Both the position numbers and the translations under genes were made by a program. Positions 57,710 through 64,000 of a stretch of DNA of 64,000 bases are shown piece by piece (within the stretch, counting starts at the first letter, position 1; each line of letters opens with the position of its first letter). The stretch comes from Eledone cirrhosa (taxonomy: Eukaryota). Below the pieces are notes generated by a model. That model was not told the origin of the DNA. It worked only from the letters and a program-made list of their open reading frames with translations, and ran no database searches. The stretch is from NCBI GenBank assembly GCA_964016885.1, contig OZ024744.1, positions 38,626,001 to 38,690,000 of the forward strand, read 5' to 3'.

Positions 57710-58085
57710 AACTCTTACCCATAGTCATGAATCTTGAGTAATGATCGAAAGAATAAGATCGCGAAAACAGGCGGCCGAAATAAGGGTCCTCCGAAGGTCT
57801 TTGGACTAACCTTACGCAAGCTGGTGCGTAGCTCAGAGATCAAGGAATTACTCCAGGTTAAGTTGCTATTTTTTGCATCGAGAATTCACAGCTCCGACAC
57901 TACAGACATGTGGTTAGAATGTCTTAGGAAAAAAACCCTGGACAGATTTTACGGGCAAAACCAACCGGCGCGAGACCTCGAGCAAGATAAATTGGAGGCG
58001 GTTACTTCTGATGGGACTCTCCGGAAACGTATCTGAGGACTCTACTCCTATGACCCTCTCGGGAATAAGAGGTTGAAGAAAAAGA
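57710..58085 (+). pseudogene. Decayed RTE-like LINE 3' fragment
   Basis: VFGLTLR..VRSSEIKELLQV and a frameshifted SQLR.Y.HVVRM-like motif. Confidence 0.6.
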
Positions 58086-58504
58086 AGAATATACACATAT
58101 ACATATATACATAAGCGTAAATGGCAAGGTTGACCTAGAAGGAATTTGAACTTAGGGCATATGTATATGCTGCATGGCTTGCTTTGATGCGGAAAGCGCT
58201 CTCACCACAAAAAATAAATCTGAGCAAAGTAATTTTGAAACAATTTGAAATATGCGAGTATAACGGCGAAATTCTCCTTATCGCCACCAATGGGGGAAAT
58301 GAATAAAATGTGTTTTTTTGAAAAGTATCAATCCCTTGTGATCTTGCATATATCTTCGTTATCTTAGGAGAACATAATGTGGAGACACTACACCTTTAAA
58401 GGGATAGCGAAAGGAACGCAAAGAAGGTTATATTTGATAGCGAGTGGACATTCATCACATGTGAATGTGTTCGGGATGTATCTCTACATGGCTATCTACT
58501 GTCA

Positions 58505-58875
58505 CTCATCTCATCTTCAGCCCTAGAAAGTCCATTGTTGGACATAGGCCTTTGCTGATCCTGAGCTATTTGTGGCCACCTCATCTTCTGGATGCCTGGG
58601 TTTCTTATGTGACCTCGTGGGTCCAGATGGTGATGCGGGTGATCTATCTGTTGTCAGTCATTCTGGCAATGTGTCCCACCCACTTCCAGTTGGCTTTGCT
58701 AATGATGTCTAGGATGTAAAGAACTTTTGTTTATTCTGAGATCCATTGGGCGGTTTTTCGATCTCGCCATAGGATAATTAACATGATTCTTTCGTGGGCT
58801 CTTTACATTGTTCGTAGCTTTAGTGCTTACCTTTTTGTTAGGTTCCATATTTCTAACCTGTAGGTAACAGTCACA
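58505..58875 (-). pseudogene. Decayed RTE-like LINE 3' fragment
   Basis: The minus strand reads WKWVGHIARMTDNR and ETWNLTK-like motifs. Confidence 0.65.
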
Positions 58876-59533
58876 CACAGATACAATTACACAATATGTG
58901 TATGTGCAATACTTACATAGGAAATTAGATAAGACTGATATATATATATTTTTTTTTTTTTTTTTTTTTATAAAAAACTGAGATAATATTGCATTTTGCT
59001 GAACTCCTTATTGTAGAGATTTTATTCGGAATGTTTTTGACTGCTGTTTCTTGTAAACAAACATTCGTCTCATTCTGACGTCAATAGCCATGTATTTCCT
59101 CATGTGCGTTTTTCATAATCACGCATGATGTTGAACTGGCCAGCTTTAGAATTCCCTTTTTGGCATATTAATCTGTGAGAATCCTGGTTATCGAGTTGAG
59201 CTCTGCTGATGATGAACTCCAACCGTGACCATCTCCACTGAAAGTTTTCATGAAATAGTCTTTAAGACTATACAGACCATTTGAAGTTTTTCAAAATTGA
59301 AGGATAAGTATTTTGAACTTTATTTTATCATGAGTTAAGGCTCTATTGATTTTTCCCTGGATTTCACTAAATTCTGTGGATGACTTTATATCCTGATTCT
59401 CTTTGAGATGAGTTTAAATTATTTTTCCCACATCTTACGTTAACTATTTTTCCCATTTTGACGACATAGTCGCATATATGTTATGGAATGCTGTTCGCTT
59501 TTCGCTACAGTGTTTTCTATACCTTTCATTTAT

Positions 59534-59653
<120 letters not shown>

Positions 59654-59656
59654 ATG

Positions 59657-59691
<35 letters not shown>

Positions 59692-59823
59692 ATGTATATA
59701 TATATCATATGACTCCAGTTCCTCAGTGAATTAACAACCCAACAGGGAACTGGGCATATCAGAGTATTGACAATATTATACACCTCAACAACATATGTAG
59801 TTGTCTATACCATACTAATTCAA

Positions 59824-59878
59824 ACTGCCTGAAGAGGTCACAGCCAAAGATGGCTGTCACTGAAATATATATAGCAGT
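59824..59878 (+). ncRNA. Complete type-I hammerhead ribozyme within a TA-flanked element (~59705-60025)
   Basis: actgc-CTGAAGA-GGTcACAGCCA aaga TGGCTGTcACT-GAAA-TATATA-TA-gcagt; perfect 5-bp stem I. Confidence 0.88.
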
Positions 59879-60024
59879 AATAAACGAAGCTAAATTTTAA
59901 TCATTTGACTTTTATTTAACTTTATTTTACACTACTCCGGAGTAACCAAACCAACCTGCGCACTTCGTCGAGTGCTCCAGCCTGCATACTGAGGTGTTGG
60001 TATACAACCAACATAAACTCAAAA

Positions 60025-60107
<83 letters not shown>

Positions 60108-60306
60108 AAAAGATAACAAGGACGAATGGTTACTCCTTGTAAACTTACATTTATGGGTTGGTGACGCGCGTTTCGCCACTGATCAGCTCAACATCGAGTG
60201 CTCACCCGGGTGAACCTACAGTAACTCCAAGTTACACTCCCTAGATATATCTATCTCTCTCTCTATATATATATATAAGCAAAAGGGATATTCAATTTGT
60301 TGGTAA

Positions 60307-61283
60307 CACCGTGTAACATATTTTTTGTACCCCTGTTCTAAGTGTCATTTCATGGTTTGTTATATCCCATTATTATAAAAAAACACTATTATTTAATCAG
60401 AAGTTTGGGTTTGTGGTCTGGAGTTTGATATTTCGAAATTTTCATATTTTTCAAGAAAAAACACATTTTTTTTTAATTTATCAGTTCATATAATTAAATC
60501 AACAGAGTATATATTTATTTTATTACACAAGCTTATTAAAAGCAAACAAGTAAAAACAAATAATACTTATAAAGCAACTTATACACGTCAGAAATGACTG
60601 GATTTCCTGGAATTGCGGTTGTAGTCCAGGTCGCATTCCCGCACTAACCCCCAGATATATTCCCCCATCAATTTTTCATTGTAGTGGCCCTGGTACCTCC
60701 GCTCTATCTCTTTCACATCTTGGTGGAATCGTTCGCCTTGTCCTTGAATTTTTCCAGGTGAGCGTTCAGCATATAGAGTTTAAGCGACATCCTGCATCCC
60801 ATGGCGCCAAAAGCCTTTATCAGATCCTGCACCAGTTGCTGGTAGTTTTCAGCTCTGTAGTTGCCCAGGAAGCCCTTAACAACTGCCTTGAAACAGTTCC
60901 ATGCTGTTCTCTCAATCCTACTGAACTCGGTAGACTCAAACACCTTCTTTATCTGAGGTCCAACAAAAATTCCACCTTTGATTTTGGCGTCAGATAACTT
61001 GGGGAAGAACTCAAGAAGGTACTTAAAAGCGGATGATTCTTGGTTGAGAGCTTTCACTGCTCCCATTTCTTTCTTTTGTAGTGGTCAGAAGTGGCTCTGC
61101 TGTCCCAAAGGCAGAGGAAGGACTGGAATTTGATAAAGCCTCCTTGAAGTCCAAGCAGGAAAGCCACCATCTTGAAGTCTCCAATGATTTCCCAATTGTA
61201 CTGGTTGTATTGCAGAGCTTCCAAGAGGACTTTCACACTGTAGTAATCTTCCTTCAGGCAGACTGAATGAGCTAGGGGCAGTT
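60307..61283 (-). mobile_element. Chapaev(3)-like DNA transposon, 3' part with deleted and frameshifted transposase
   Basis: GDFKMVAFLLGLQGG..FLCLWDSRA, FPKLSDAKIKGGIFVGPQI, GFLGN and MSLKLYML; CAC-starting terminus caccgtgtaaca at 60307. The family name is from memory of these motifs. Confidence 0.7.
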
Positions 61284-61398
61284 ATAATTCAACAAATATA
61301 AATGTTTATAACTGATTCAGAGCACTCGACAGAGAAAACTTGCACCGTTAAGGTATCTTTTCTTGGTTATGTCAAACTTTATAATACAAACTTTGTAT

Positions 61399-61453
61399 TT
61401 TATCTGATGAAAGCGTACCAAAGTTTTGGTACCCTTGAAATATATATAATAGA
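61399..61453 (+). ncRNA. Complete type-I hammerhead ribozyme
   Basis: tttat-CTGATGA-AAGcGTACCAA agtt TTGGTACcCTT-GAAA-TATATA-TA-ataga. Confidence 0.85.
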
Positions 61454-61514
61454 ATAAATATGATTTTATAAATATAGTTTCCATTTATTTAATGTCATTA
61501 TATATATTAGAAAC

Positions 61515-61564
<50 letters not shown>

Positions 61565-61767
61565 AGACATACATACACACTCATATGGATGGAAAAAACG
61601 AGAGAGTGGGGTATGGTGAAGAAAGAGATGATAGACTTTCAAAGAATATGAATACATATAAGTATGCTGGGTGTAGACTACATATTTCAATTACGTCACG
61701 TGTTTACTTGCAGTTGTGTGCATACACACACATACACCTGCCCTATACATATATATGTATATATATG

Positions 61768-61823
<56 letters not shown>

Positions 61824-62278
61824 CATGACAACGTACGGTTGTTAGTGTCTGTGCGTGGATGTACATGTGTATGGTGTGTTGATGTGTGTGGAGTGGAAGA
61901 CTGGAAGTGTGTGTATGTCTGGTGTGTGTGTATGTGTGTGTTTGAGTGTGATAGTATGTGTGAGTGTGTGTGTGTGTGTTTATGTGTGTGTGTGATGGAG
62001 AAGGCGTAGGAAAACGTGGGAACACACATATCAATCATTTCAACACACCTTTAATTAGAGATAAACATATTCTACCAACCTTTCTTGTGTGTCGTCTGTA
62101 TATACTGTTTGCAGTCTGTGATTACTTTACATTCTTCAAACAACAATCAAAGGAGTGTGCTTCGTTATAAATGTGTATATATTTGTATATGTACGGCTAC
62201 GGTAGTTGTCTGTCACCTATACATTCTCTCTTCCCCTCCCCCCTCTCTCTTTCTCTCTCTCTATATATATACATGTGT

Positions 62279-62336
<58 letters not shown>

Positions 62337-62384
62337 GTGTGTATGTGAGGATTAAACCAGTATTCAACTAGTTAGACCATTATT

Positions 62385-62535
62385 CAGCAGAGTACTCGAT
62401 ACTTGGCATAGTAGAGCGAGAATATATTTAAAAGAGTCGGGGTCCGACGCTGAGCTCTTGCCGTTTTGACAGCTAGTTCCTGACTAGTATTAGCTGTCAA
62501 AATGGCAAGAGCTCTGCCGTCGGGCGCCGACCCTA
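62385..62535. mobile_element. Older family X fold-back copy (hairpin ~62433-62533)
   Basis: gagctcttgccgttttgacagcta pairs with tagctgtcaaaatggcaagagctc; gagtactcg lies in the extension. Confidence 0.8.
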
Positions 62536-62536
62536 T

Positions 62537-62611
<75 letters not shown>

Positions 62612-62859
62612 GGACCTGTCGTCGAAGAAACAACACCACGCGTTCGACCAGCCCCTGTATCATGAAAAGAAAAATCTTTTTCGAGGAAATTATTCGATTT
62701 TTCCAAATTTGAAGATTTCTGAGGAACTTTCAATGTTTATCTTAGGTTTTTCCCTCGGAAGAGCTCAGGATATCTTAACTGATAGTCCTTAGTGAAATAT
62801 GTATAACAGAGTTTTAAATAAACCTGAATCAACTGAATATGGCCTCCGATCTTTTATTA

Positions 62860-62981
<122 letters not shown>

Positions 62982-63396
62982 GGAGAGAGAGAGAGAACTG
63001 ATTATAAGTTATACATTATAAATATAGATGCAAAAAACTATATTTATAATGTATAATAACTTATAATCGTTATCATTTACCAAAAGCATACTGTCTCATT
63101 AATACTTAGTATATCTCTCTATACGTAATTTTTGCATATACGTTTATATTGTATAATAACATAATCATATTAATAGTTAGGTATATCTCTGCATTTAGTT
63201 TTTTGCATCTATATTTATAATTTATAATAACTTAATCATAATTATTGTTTCGGTATAACGCTATATATAGTTTGTGCAAATATATATATATTGTACAATA
63301 ACATAATCATTATTTAGAGTTCATTCTTCCCTTGAAGGTAGAACTAATATAGTGATTTAATAAAATATAATAAATATTAATTTATTACGATAAATG

Positions 63397-63507
<111 letters not shown>

Positions 63508-64000
63508 CTGAAAACTCTGCGTTAATTATTATACTTTAGACAATGTATCTACTTGACAATAAATTCCTTGATATTTGTAACAGTAAGTATTTCATAAATT
63601 ATACATACCGAAAATGTTGACACTGTTATAAGTAATTTTGTCAAAGATTACATTTAAGTCAATATTGAACAGTGTATATTTTTCTTTCGCGGGCCTAGTA
63701 AATCCTTTAAATTTGTTTTCATAAAACTTAGAATTTTAGAAATGTAACACATTTAAAAATTTTATAAAATTTATAAAATTAATATAAATAACCATCAACT
63801 TTTAAATCCTAAAATTTTGATTCTTCACCCTAAAATAACATAAATTAAATATTAAATATTTTGAAATTTAACCACTAAGTGTATATGTGAAAACATTTTT
63901 TGCATAAATTACTCCCCTTTATCTCTCCCTCTCTTTAATTATCTATCGGTTGCTTTCTTAAGCCAAAAACTGTAATAAAATTATAACTCAAGAGACGTCT

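Noticed and set aside
62716-62770. Other CTGANGA hits (62716, 42636, 59206, 45578, 26580, 35843 minus)
   Set aside because: No convincing stem II plus GAAA plus NUH and stem I.

Overview
Repeat-saturated animal genomic DNA; no host gene could be supported. The SINE types and the extreme microsatellite density suggest an octopod cephalopod (inference). 1-12.3 kb is a head-to-tail array of three diverged Tx1-like (L1 clade) retrotransposons, each ending in (TCTA)n. 13.3-20.3 kb and 31.3-33 kb hold R4/Dong-like and RTE LINEs interlocked at (TATG)n/(CATA)n tracts. There are also many tRNA-type SINEs, an internally deleted mariner, a Chapaev-like transposase remnant and a Helentron/Lep1-like element. 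The main signal is at 25-63 kb: (TA)n tracts are repeatedly occupied by short non-coding elements from several unrelated families. These elements form asymmetric fold-backs (arms about 35-820 bp) and/or carry minimal type-I hammerhead ribozymes with palindromic stem III. Two hammerheads share a fully covarying 26-nt stem II with a C-C mismatch, one family has a U3-A8 core variant, and many elements share a subterminal GAGTRCTC motif. The best interpretation is a TA-targeted, Penelope-like/retrozyme-type system. Everything was read by eye, so coordinates of degenerate elements are approximate.
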